NCBI GenBank assembly: GCA_002104905.1
Contig: MCFE01000073.1
Coordinates: forward strand, 62,001 to 126,000
Length of the DNA: 64,000 nucleotides
Source: Basidiobolus meristosporus CBS 931.73
Lineage: Eukaryota > Fungi > Basidiobolomycota
Direction of reading: 5' to 3'
This document shows positions 40,096-51,878 of the stretch, piece after piece (within the stretch, counting starts at the first letter, position 1; each line of letters starts with the position of its first letter). Under the pieces are notes generated by a model. It ran no database searches. It was not told where the DNA came from and saw only the letters and a program-made list of their open reading frames with translations. The position numbers and the translations under genes are program-made.

Positions 40096-42287
40096 GTATG
40101 AGGTATTTATTCTTCATGGTAACTGAGTTGAGGGCTCTGTAGTCAATACACATCCTAAGAGTTCCATCCTACTTCTTCACAAAAAGAACTGGTGCTCCCC
40201 AAGGTGACTTGCTGGGTCTGATATATCCTTGCTCCAGTAACTAATCTATTTGTCACTTCATCTCTTCCAACTCCAATGGACTCATTCTGTAAGGTGTCTT
40301 ACTCACTGGGGGGCTATTTCCTGTGTCAATGGCATGATATACATCTCTGACTGGTGGTAGGCTTACAAGTTCATCAGGAAATATGTCTGAATATTCCTTC
40401 AAAAGAGTCTGGACTTTTTGTGGTACTGGTGTAGGGGAATCCTCCTGTAATACTGCCATGAGGAACATCTGGGTGCTTTTTCTTGGTGCTCTACAGAACT
40501 GTGTCTTGCTAAGTTCACTTGTTTCACACACACTGGAATTGACCAAGTTAAAAACCAGTCTGGCAGCTAATAGCTACCAGGTCTTGTTGTCCTTCTGTAT
40601 CTGAGTAGCATGGGTTCTCCAGTTGATTGATGGATTACAACAAAATAGCCAGGCTTTCCCAAGTACAAGGTCAAACTTGCAGTTCCCAAATATATAGGCC
40701 TGTAGATCTTGTTCATAGTCATTGATCTTCATCCTTACTGGCTGAGTAATACAGTTGATTATGTGAGAGTTCCCATCAGCTGTTGAGACTGAAGTTGATT
40801 TAGTGGGTTCCAAGTTGATTCCAGCTTTTAAAGCAAATTGTTCTGATATGTACTTGTGCAATGCTCCAGAGTCAATTGTGATTTTGGCAGGTACTCCATT
40901 GATTACTCCATTCAAGTATAATAGCTTTCCTGAGTTTGAGGTCATCTGGGAAACGTATTCTTCTGTCATATGGAAGGTGAGCTCTGGGTCTTCTTCAAGT
41001 TCATCCTCCATGCTACTTTGCTCCAGGGCATCATTATAGTTGAAGGTTCTTGATGGCTGGTATCCATTTCTTCTTTGAGGGCAGTACTTTGCAATATGTC
41101 CCTGCTGGTGGCAGCTGAAGCAAAGTCCTTTCTTCTTACATTCTTCTGAGGTAGGATTCTTCTGCATAGCATCTATTTCCATTGGCACTGCTTCTGATTG
41201 TCTTCTTTCATAGAGATTGTAGCCTCTCTGATTAGTCATTGTGGGCTTCCCAACTCCAAACATGGCTGAGTCATAGTCAATGGCAATCTTGATGGCTTCT
41301 TCAATAGTCTGAGGTCTTTGATAATGCACTTCCTTACAAGTTCTCTCTTTCAACCCATCAATAAAGTATTCAACTTGATCCAGAGGGTCCATTCTTTCAA
41401 TTTGTCCAAGTAGACATCTATATTCATAGATGTACTCTGGACTATTCCTTTCTGTCTGAGTGTCTTCAGCTTTCTTCTTAGTAGTGTCTGCTGGTGTGGA
41501 GGTTTGAAGGCATCCTGAATTTCTGGCACAAACTCATCCCAGGTAGAGATTGTGCAGCATCCCATCATGGTGGATGACCTGATCTTGTTGTGGTACCACT
41601 GTAAAGCTGCATCTGCCAGGTAAGAGGCTGCATAATGTAACTTGCTTTCTGGAGCAATTCCCTTAGCCTTGAAAGCTTCTTCAATCTGGAAGAGCCAAGT
41701 TCCCAGGTTTTCATTGACTCTACCATGGTACTGGTTGACTTTCACACTAAAGTTGCCCTTGACAGGGTTTTGCTGGCTTTGGGCCATGGTAGTCATTCCT
41801 TGTTGTTGCTGCTGGGCCAGGATTTGCTGCATAGCATTCTTCCATTCTTGATTTTCAGACATCTTGAGGGAGGCTTCTTCTTTCTTCAGGAGGAAGGTCT
41901 CTTGTTATTGCTGCTACCAATGTTACAAGTCTTGGTATAAGAGTTGTAGAGGAATAGGGAGTTTAGCTAGTATTGTATTCACTAAAACTTGAACTGATCT
42001 TTATTGAGGTTCCAGCAGCTCCTTATACATATTTTGCCAAATCAATTGCTGACTATTTGTATTTCCTAATGTAGGTTGTGCTGATGACTCATTTGATAGC
42101 ATTTTCATCACCCAATAAGATCCTACTTAATATATCTATTTCTGTCTGATAAGGATCTGCTGATTCATTTGCTGACTAATGCTACTGATATAATAGATAA
42201 TACTGATATACTGATAACCTAAACATATACAAATTGATTTGACTAAAAACTGATCTAACTTAAACATTCAAGCAGCAGATCATAACA
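40096..42287 (-). mobile_element. Ty3/gypsy 5' half (LTR, gag, protease, RT start)
   Basis: 5' LTR 41921-42287, PBS TGGTAGCAG, gag with CFSCHQQGHIAKYC, protease IDSGA (40574-41392). Confidence 0.92.
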
Positions 42288-42866
42288 ACTTAAGATACAC
42301 TTATAAGAATTCAGAACAGGATCTGGTGGGATACTATGATGCAGATTGGGGACAAAATTTAGAAGACAGAAGATCCACCACAGGATACACCTTTCATTAC
42401 TATCAAGGAGCAATTTCATGGAAATCAAGAAAGCAACCAACTGTAGCACTTTTTACCACAAAAGCAGAGTATATGGCAGCCTGTGAAGCTACAAAAAAAG
42501 CAATGTGGCTAAGAAAGCTTTTTACAGATTTAGGCCTATGTCAAAAAACGCCAATTACTTTATTTCAAGATAATCAAGGATGTATACAATTAGGTAGAAA
42601 TCCAGCATTTTATGCTAGAGCTGAGCACATAGATATTAGACATGATTTCATATGTGAAGCTATAGAGAATAGCTTAGTTAGCTTAGTTTACTGTCCTACA
42701 GATGAAATAATTGCAGACGTATTTACCAAACCATTAGCTAGAGACAAGATAGAATATCTTAGGTCAAAATTTGGACTAGTCAGTATGAGCATTTAACTGA
42801 GTGGGAGTGTTGTAAAAATTTGTATTTGCACCTAAATATTCACCTAATTTAGTTACTTAGATCATT

Positions 42867-43594
42867 AGACTTGTTCTGTTGGACAGTGCCACATTGTGCC
42901 ATGAGTGCCAAATGATGCCATAGTGTGCCAGAGAGGCCAAGTGAGCCTATACCTGGCCACAGAGTGTGAAACATAGATCTGCATCTTAATGCAAAGCAGC
43001 CCCTGTGCTTCACCTATGATGCAGGAGAAAATCCATTTTTGACGTTTTTTTGTGGATCAATATTGTGCAGGATGTGTAAGAGCACTAAAGGATTGAAGAT
43101 ATACATCTGGTACTCAATACTCATGGCATTCTGAATCTAGCTCCTATGGCTTGTTTCATGTCATAAAATGCATGGCACTATCTTGGTCCACTGGTACTAT
43201 CTGGCACTATATTTAAATATTACCCCTAAAGTAAGATCAATACAAAGCACTTATAGAGCCGGATAGTACCAGTGGACCAAGATAGTGCCATGCATTTTTG
43301 TGACATGTTACAAGTCACAGGAGCTAGATTCAGAGTGCCATAGGTATTGAGTACCAGATGCATATCTTCAATCCTTTTGTGCACTTACACATCCTGTACA
43401 ACATATACCTAAAAAAGGTCAAAAATGGACTTTCTCCATCACAATGTGTGAAACACAGAGGCTGCTTTGTATGAAGATGCAGAGCTGTGCTGCACACTCT
43501 GTGGCCAAGTGTAGGCTCACTTAGCCTCCCTAGCACACTATGGCATCATTTGGCACTCATGGCTCAATTTGGCACTATCCAACAAAACAAGTCT
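42867..43594. mobile_element. 728-bp foldback/MITE-like non-autonomous DNA transposon; 3-bp TSD ATT
   Basis: Inverted arms 42867-43211 and 43252-43594 around a 40-bp AT-rich spacer. Termini AGACTTGTT...AACAAGTCT. ATT on both sides; removing the element restores the Copia-B LTR. Confidence 0.92.
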
Positions 43595-46500
43595 ATTACT
43601 TTCATATCCTAGAGAATACTGACCAAATTCCTTGTTGGGATTTACTTAGATTATTTTCACCAAAATACCAGGTACCCAGAACATGAAAACTCTCAAAGTT
43701 GTCCAAACAGTCCCAAACTTTGCACACATGCTCTTGGGACCTTCCTTGACCTATTCTATGTGCTTGTAATGCCAAGACCATGTGAAAGTATAAACACTAC
43801 TTTCACATTCAATAAATCAATAAGTGAAAACCACATGATCTGCTTGCTCTCTCAATCTCTTCCAATATCTCCAAGACTCTTACAACAGTCCCAGGAATAT
43901 GTGTGCAAAGTTTGGGGGCTTTTGGACAATTTTGAGAAAGATCATGATCTGGGTACCTGATAATTTGGTGAAAATATTCTGCATAAGTCCCAACAAGAAA
44001 TTTGGTCAGGACAGAATGCCAATCCACAAATAAGAGCTATGTGACTAAGTTAGCATGAATATTTTGGTGACAACTTAATAATTACAACACTTCCACTCAG
44101 CAAAATTCTCATGAGTGAAAACTACATATTGAGAGTGCGCAATCTGTAATAAGCATATAAGACTTAGCTGTGTTGCATACAGGACTAATATATTACCCAA
44201 TAATATATAACAAGAAAAACTAGTAACTAAGTGTGCATATATACTTAATAGTATGCCTAATAATCAGAATGATCTGATCAAAAAACTAATCAATAGTTTT
44301 GATCAGTTGTACAAGAGTGAATAATGCTCTAAGTCTGATTGTCAGTCTGTAATACTGATAGATAGCCTCTGGGTTATTCAATGCTTTTTATTTGAGCAAA
44401 ATTGACCTACCTTTGGTCAAGTAAGGTTTTGTCATTTATGACAGATCTGGAGTTTCCTTATTTCTGGGCAAAAGTCTAATTCACTTAGACAACTTCACTG
44501 TATGTCCATATTTGGCTCAGGGACAGTTACTTCCATCATATAGACTCTATATGAGGTAAAAGATATGACCTATATTGGGGCCAGTTAGAGTTTTGTCATT
44601 TACACCTGATCCAGATTATCCTCATTTCCTGGCACAGTTGCACATACAACCATGGCCTAAAAAAGGTTTTTGCTCAGCTCTAAGCTGGGATGGCCTGCTC
44701 CCACTTGAGCCATGTTTGTTTAGTGATTCAGATCCACAAAAATGATCAAGAGTGGTCATCTTTGTCTTCCTTAAGTAGCAGTACTTTTTTTGGACTGATT
44801 ACTTCATATGCAATATATTCAAAGTCCACTTGCTTCTTGATTTACCCAGCTTGGTAGCAGAAAGGTACCATTGGTTGTTTGGTAGCTATTTTTAGAGTGC
44901 TTCTACCAATTTGGACTAATACAGCTGCTTTTGTCTTATCAGAATATACTTTTAGAGTAGATACAGGCGCTTTTTGAGAAGTGAGATTCTCCTTAACAAG
45001 GGCTTTGATAATCCTTTTTCTCCTGATAGTTATTTTCAACCTTGAGCTTGGTTTGCAAGGCCAACTAATCTTCTCAGTGTCTTCAGAATCCATATAAACC
45101 ATCTGGTTGATGCTGGCACCTTTTTCTTTCAGATCCTTAGTCATCAGATGTCAAGACTTCTGCATTAAATAATCTGCTCTGATATATACTACAGTATCTA
45201 ACAGATGCTGTTGAAGTTTCAGTTCTCTTCTGGGGTTACTAGTGTGAGAGCTTCATACAAGAGGCTCCATGGATCATACCTGCATTACCAGATAGTCCAA
45301 ATATAGCCTACATAGGCTTTGGTTCCATTTAGAAAGTACCTTGATTTATGGCAGTAGTATTTTCCCATTTTTCTTCTTTTTCTTTTTCTGCTGATGATCC
45401 AAAGGTAAATTCTTTTGTGGGATAGTTCTGGACTTCCTTACAGGTGGGACCACGGTGTGTTTGAGCATGGAAGACCTCATGACATCATTTGTCCAGAATA
45501 TTTGACTATTTGCAAGTAATAGAGTCAAAATCAGCATCCACACATATCAACCATAACTTTTGGTAGAGTTGTCCAAATTTGATTAAATAAACTGCATTTG
45601 CAAGCTAGTCTCATCAGTGCTTATGTATCAGATTTCAATATATCAGATTCTTGAGTTGCAGAGCTCAGCAGTGACTGGATCAATCACAACACTTCTGATC
45701 TGATCCAGAGAATCAAATGTCACCAAGTGTTACTCCCACTGTAATAAGTGATACATATATAACAAGTATAAGTACTATCTTATCTTCTGAGCTGCTTGCA
45801 GCTGTATGCTGGCCAACTGTTGCTTGGTTGTAAACTCCAATCAGGCTTGTAATCATTTGCTTCACTTGCTCTGGGTAGTGGTAGAATCTTCTGGAGTTGA
45901 TTTTGCTAAATTTGTATCATACTTTGTCCCACTGTCTTGAGACTTGAATAGAGTGATAGCATGTCCAACAGCTCCATATTTGCATTCTCAGCCTTATTTT
46001 GAGCGGCAACAGATCTGGTAAAATTTTCCTCTGGCAATCATTCAATGATGATCTATATTTTTTTTGAGATAATATCCTATCCAAAAGCTTGTCCAACAGT
46101 CAATTGAGATCATAAGAATACATAGAGCAATATATTTCATGGTAGATCTGGACCCTCAATTGCTGGTATTATGCAATTTTCTTCAGTTGTGGTAGAGCGC
46201 AAACATACAATATTTCTTGACATATTTACATGTCAACTTGATAGACTCTCCTAGATAACCAGCTTGAATAGTTACTGAGTGAGTCTTTTGAAGGCACAGC
46301 CTTCTTCTCCACAGCAATATCCTCATGAATATAGTTCTTGTAGCAGCTGTAGTCATCTTTAACACTGTCAGGGCAATAGTGCAGAAAGTCTTTCTCCAGA
46401 CTTGCAGAAAAGGATCCAAGGCAAAGTAAACACCAAGAGGACAGCAAGCCTGGGGCTCATAACCTGTTGCTATTTTCTGTGGAGTATTGGAAGTGATGCA

Positions 46501-49137
46501 GGGAACTAGAGGATTTACATGTTATTCACTTATGCATTTATTGTTCAAAAATATGGTATTTATACTTATGATAAAGTAGAGCAAGCAAATGTATAGAGTT
46601 TGTCAAGAAAGGTCCCCAGAATATCTGTGCAAAGCTTGGGGGCTTTTGAACAACTTTCAGAAAGATCATAATCTGGGTACCTGATAATTTGGTGAAAATA
46701 TTCTGTGTAAGTCCCAACAAGAAATTTGGTCAGGACAGAATGCTAATCAAAGAATAAGTGCCATGCAACTAAGTTAGCATGAATATTTTGGTTACAACTT
46801 AATAATTACAACAGTTATTTTGTGCTCTAAGTGCCTGCATACACCCACACAGTGATTTTCCAAGTCTGCACACCTTATAAGGGCCTTTTGGATTGGCATA
46901 GCCTTTGGATCACTCCATATATAGAGTTTGTTGCTGATCATTATTTAGTAAGGCAGCTTTGACATCCATTTTGTGTAGCTAGAGACTGTGTACAGCTGCC
47001 AGGGCTAGAGCTGTCTTAATGGAGTTATATTTGGCTACCAGAGCAAATGTTTCCTTAAAGTCCAGTCCCTAGATTTGGGAATAGCCTTCAGCCACCAATC
47101 CCACTTTGTACTTATTGATGGTACAATTTGAGAGTATCTTGATCATGTACACCCATCTATATCCTATTGGCTTTCTCCCATATGGTAATTTTACCATTTC
47201 TCTTATTTTTGCCCTGATCAGTGATTAGTACTTTTCCTGCATAGCCTGCCGCCACATAATAGCATCTGGACTTTGCATAGCTTGTTCCAGATTCAGAGGT
47301 TGGGCTCATCAGGGAAGATAAGCTGCTTCATGGCCACTGGATGTCTGCCACCCAGATTCACAGGCATTTCTTACTGTGCTAGATCTCCTAACTGGAATAA
47401 ACTGTTCTGATCTGGAACTAGTAGAGTTTTCTTACATATTGGGCTGTATTAGGTTTGAATATTTTTCCTTAGTGGTGTTTATGTCAGCAGGTAGCTGGTC
47501 AATGATCTAGGTGTCTTTCTGATCTAAATTCTCCTCTGATACAATGTCACTGCTCTTGATCTGCTTCTGATTTTTACCATCATACACTCTATGCCTTTAG
47601 TATCTTTACAGAAGCCAGGAAAGGTCCCTTTTCTACTTTTTAGCTCAAGCTTTGAGCATATTTTGTCTGGGATGTGATAGAAAACATCACTGCCAAATCT
47701 CCTACAGTTCTGAAGGTATGGTTTTTTGCCTGTATATAATTCAAGGGGTGCTGAATCATATAGTGCTGTTGTTGGGCATTAAATTTTGACATTTACCACA
47801 GTTGCAGCAGATTAAGCTCAAGCCTTGTAGTCCAGATCCTTTTGGTGTAGGACAGATCTTCCCATTTCTATTATCAATATATATGTTGTAAGAGTCTCCG
47901 AGATATTAGAAGTGATTGGGAGAACAAGTAGGTTATGTGGATTTCACTTAACAATATATTGAATGTAAGAGTAGTATTTATACTTTTACATGGTATCAGC
48001 ATGGCAAACACATATAATAGGTCAAGGAAGGTCCCAAGAGCATATGTGCAAGGTATGGGGCTGTTAGGACAACTTTGATAATTTTCATGTTATGGGTACC
48101 TTGTATTTTGGTGAAAATATTCTAAGTAGATCCCAACAAAGAATCTAGTCAGTATTCTCTACAATTTGAGGATAATGATCTAAGTGACTAAGTAAGGTAA
48201 ATAACTAGGTGGAAATACAAATTTTTACAACCCTCACACTCAGCTAAATGTTCATACTGACTAGTCCTAATTTTGACCTAAGATATTCAAACTTGTCTCT
48301 AGCTGATGGTTTGGTAAATATGTCTGTAATCATCTCATTTGAGGACAGTAAGCTAAGCTAACCAAGTTATTCTTGATAGCTTCATGTATGAAATGATGTC
48401 TAATATCTATGTGCTCAGTTCTTGCATGAAAAGTTGGATTTCTACCTAATTGTATACATCCTTGATTATCTTAAATAAAGTAATAGGTGTTTTTTGACAT
48501 AGGCCTAAATCTGTAAAAAGCTTTCCTAACTACATTGCTTTTTTTGTAGCTTCACAGGCTGTCATATACTCTGCCTCTGTGGTAGAAAGTTCTGTGGCTG
48601 GTTGCTTTCTTGAATTCCATGAAATTGCTCCTTGACAGTTAAGAAAGGTGTATCCTGTGGTGGATCTTCTGTCTTCTAAGCTTCATCCCCAATCAGCATT
48701 GGAGTATCCCACAAGATCCTGTTCTGAACTCTTATAAGTGTATCTTAAGCAGATATCAGCAGTTCCTTTTAGGTATCTAAGAATCTGCACAACTGCAGCA
48801 ATATTAAAAGATCTATAGCTCTGAATATGCTGGCTGACAACTACCATCAAATATGAGATATTATGGATATGTTCCAAGCATAATACACATTGAACTGCCA
48901 ACCATAGGTTGATGAAGAAAGTAAGGGCTTTCAGATGGCACAAAGCTTGCTTGATTTGGTTGAGTTTTGACTAAGTCAAGGTCTGGCTCCATTGGGGTAG
49001 CTGCTGGTTTACAGTCTTCCATTTGCTACTTCTTTAGTATATCTTGAATATACTTGGATTGGCTTAGGGTGATAGTCAGGGTACTTCTATCTATGGAGAA
49101 CTTTATCCCTAAGTAGTAACTGAGTACTCCTAGATTG

Positions 49138-49483
49138 TGTTGTAAAATTTGTAATTCCACCTGAATATTCACCTAACTTAATCACTTAGATCATTATCCT
49201 CAAATCCTAGAGAATACTAAGCAAATTACTTGTTGGCATCTACTTGGAATATTTTCACCAAAATACCAGGTACCAGAACATAAGAATTATCAGAGTTGTC
49301 CAAACAGCCCCAAACTTTGCACACATGCTCTTGGGACCTTCCTTCACCTATTCTATGTGCTTGCTATGCCAGTACTATGTAAAAGTATAAATATTACTTC
49401 TACATTCAATAAATCAATAAGTGAAAACACATAATATACTTGTCCTCCTAATCACTTCCAATATCTCCAAGACTCTTACATCA
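49138..49483 (+). mobile_element. Copia-B solo LTR; TSD GATTG
   Basis: TGTTG...CATCA, 346 bp, perfect GATTG on both sides; interrupts a Copia-B RT. Confidence 0.92.
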
Positions 49484-51019
49484 GATTGAACATCTTGAGC
49501 TCCTTAGATAGGCTGAACTTAGTCTCTTCCTATGTTGCTAGGTTATAACTCCTATTTTTATTGTATACAGCTGTGGCAGCTGATTCTGCTCAAAAATCAT
49601 AGGATAATGTTTGATTGTGGATCATATATCTTGCCATATCAAATATTGATCTGTTTGCACATTCTGCTACTCCATTTTGCTGTGGGGAGTATAGGACAGT
49701 AGTCTTCTGCTTTATCCCATGATTTTTGCAGAAGTTGATGCATAGTTTTGAAGTATATTCTTCACCATTGCCAGTGTGTATTTTCTTGATTTTTTTACAA
49801 GTTTCTCTCTCCACCATGGCTTTAAACTCCCTGAACTTAGACAGAGCCTCTTCATTTCTCTCCATTAAGTAGACCCATGTGTATCCTGTACAATCATCAA
49901 TAAAAGTGATTAAATACTTCATCCCACCTAAGGATAAATCTTGCATAGGTCCACACAGATCTGAGTGAATTAGATCTAATGTTTCTTAGTTTTGATTGAC
50001 CCAGAGCACTTACACAGCTGTCTGGCTTGTTTCCTATATATGCAGGCTTCACAGTGCTCCAAATTAGCTGGGAGATCAATTTTATTCTGAAAATTTGCTG
50101 ATCCTTGATCATTCTAGTCAAATAATCACAATTGATGAGTCCAAATCTCCTGTTCCAAAGCATTGGTGTTTCCTCATTCAAGTTACTTTTATTGGCTTCC
50201 ATACATGATGGAATATAAGTCAACTTGTATAGATTCTGATCTCTGATATCCAAAGCAATATGGGCACCATTTTGATCAGTGATTGTGCATCCAGAATTGT
50301 AAAAGCTGAAACTGAGTCCTTCTGCAGTGGCCTTACTTACAGATAGTAGGTTCTTGGCTATTCCTGGTACATAGAGTACTTCTTTAAAGGTCAGTGTATG
50401 GCTTCCTTCACTGCTACTAAGGTTTACTTGTATAGTTCCTTCTCCTACTGCATCAAGTATTCTATTGTCAACCATGAAAACCTTCTTAATTGGAATTTCT
50501 TGATATTGGGTAAAAATTTCTTTTTAGTGTGTTAAGTGTTGAGATGCTCCAGAGTCAATGTACCACATCTGAGAATCCTTGTTTGAGGTCATATTTAATG
50601 CAGATATGAATAGTCTATCCTCAGTTGTTACAGCATTCCCATATTCAGGCATTTTCTGCTGACTATCTCTCATTTGCAAGCACCAGTCTGATATGTGTCC
50701 TTTCCTTTTGCAGTAGTTGCAAAACAGGTTGCTGTTGCCCTTGTAAGGTCTTGAGTACCTCCTTTGTTAGTTATCATTGCTTATTAAAGCATTTTGTTCT
50801 TCCTTTTTATTGACACCTGATTTTCTTATTTCTTCATCCAGGAGCCTTCCATATATGTAATTAGAGGTCAAATCTTCAGTTCAAGACTCTAGGGCTAAAA
50901 CAATACCCTGAAATATGTCTGTCAGGCTATTCAGGATGGTTTGACATTAAGGCAAATGCAGTTAAAGGCACTTTGTTCTTTCTTCTGGTACTTAAAGGAT
51001 TCCTCCCCCATGTTGTTAG

Positions 51020-51368
51020 TGTTGCAAAAGTCTTTGAGATATTGGAAGTGATTGGGAGGACAAGCAGATTATGTGGTTTTCACCTAATGATTTATTGAAT
51101 GTACAAGTAGCATTAATACTTTTACATGATCTTGGAATAACAAAATTGTATGATAGGTCTAGGAATGTTCCAAGAACATGTGTGCAAAGTTTGGGGCTGT
51201 TTAGACAACTTTAAGAATTATCATGTTCTGGGTACCTGATATTTTGATGAAGATATTCTAAGTAAATCCCAACAAGCAATTTAGTCAGTATTCCCTAGGA
51301 TTTGTAGGTTATGATCAAAGTGACTAAGTTAGGTGAATATTTAGGTGGATCTACAAATCTTTACAACA
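51020..51368 (-). mobile_element. Copia-B solo LTR; TSD GTTAG/TTTAG
   Basis: 349-bp LTR interrupting a Copia-B gag; the uninterrupted site at about 39570 reads tttag. Confidence 0.85.
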
Positions 51369-51878
51369 TTTAGGAGGGAATTCTTCTCTCATGGCAATAT
51401 CCCTAAGGCCTCTTTCTTGTAGCAGCATCTTCATCTTCACCTTCCATACTTGGTAGTTACATCCATCCAACTTTTCAGCAGAGGGAAGAATTCCAATAAT
51501 AGCTATGGTAGACATGGCAGAGAGTGACAGCTTGGGGCTCATAACCTGTTGTAAGAGTCTTGGAGATATTGGAAGTGACTGGGAGGACAAGTAGATTATG
51601 TGGTTTTCACTTTATGATTTATTGAATGTAAAATTAGTATTTATACTTTTACATGGTCTTGGCATTACAAACACATAGAATAGGTTAAGAAAGGTCCCAA
51701 GAACATGTGTGCAAAGTTTGGGGCTGTTTGGACAACTTATCTAATTTTCATGTTCTGGGTAAATATTCTAAGCAAGTCCCAACAAGGAATTTGGTCAGTA
51801 TTCTCTAAGATTTGTAGACTATGATCTAATTGACCAATTTAGGCAAATATTTAGGTGGAATGACAAATTTCTACAACA

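Larger units (their letters stand above)
28776..43887 (+). mobile_element. Copia-B element inserted in the Copia-C 3' LTR, itself multiply interrupted
   Basis: 5' LTR 28776-29122, PBS 29123-29134, gag (29135-29244 plus 33932-35018), integrase, RT (36423-37366), RNase H 42288-42796, PPT, 3' LTR 42808-43887 (contains the foldback element). TSD ATCCC/GTCCC. Confidence 0.88.
28624..46813 (-). mobile_element. Copia-C: non-autonomous LTR element with a non-copia 2.36-kb interior
   Basis: 5' LTR 46465-46813; PBS GGTTATGAGCCC 46453-46464; interior about 44091-46452; PPT gctgagtggaag; 3' LTR split into 28624-28775 and 43888 to about 44090 by Copia-B. TSD GTTAA/GTTAT. Confidence 0.8.
27833..47878 (-). 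mobile_element. Old Copia-A-related host element (27833-28623 plus 46814-47878), split by Copia-C
   Basis: Left flank ends ...tcaatcttgttaa and right flank starts gttattttgtgctctaagtgcctgc. Together they match the continuous Copia-A RT at about 30690-30780 (tcaatcttgttataccatgctctgggtgcctgc). Confidence 0.8.
47884..51878 (-). mobile_element. Copia-B element with internal deletions and two nested solo LTRs
   Basis: 5' LTR 51547-51878, PBS 51535-51546, gag, integrase fragments (49590-50475), RT/RNase H (48233-49137), PPT, 3' LTR 47884-48232. The TSD is not clean. Confidence 0.88.

Noticed and set aside
45380-45550. IBR/RBR-like Cys-His pattern in the Copia-C interior (WLICVDADFDSITC...CHEVFHAQTHRGPTC)
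   Set aside because: The spacing is imperfect, two stops interrupt it, and a competing frame looks equally plausible. It is not supportable without a consensus and an HMM search.
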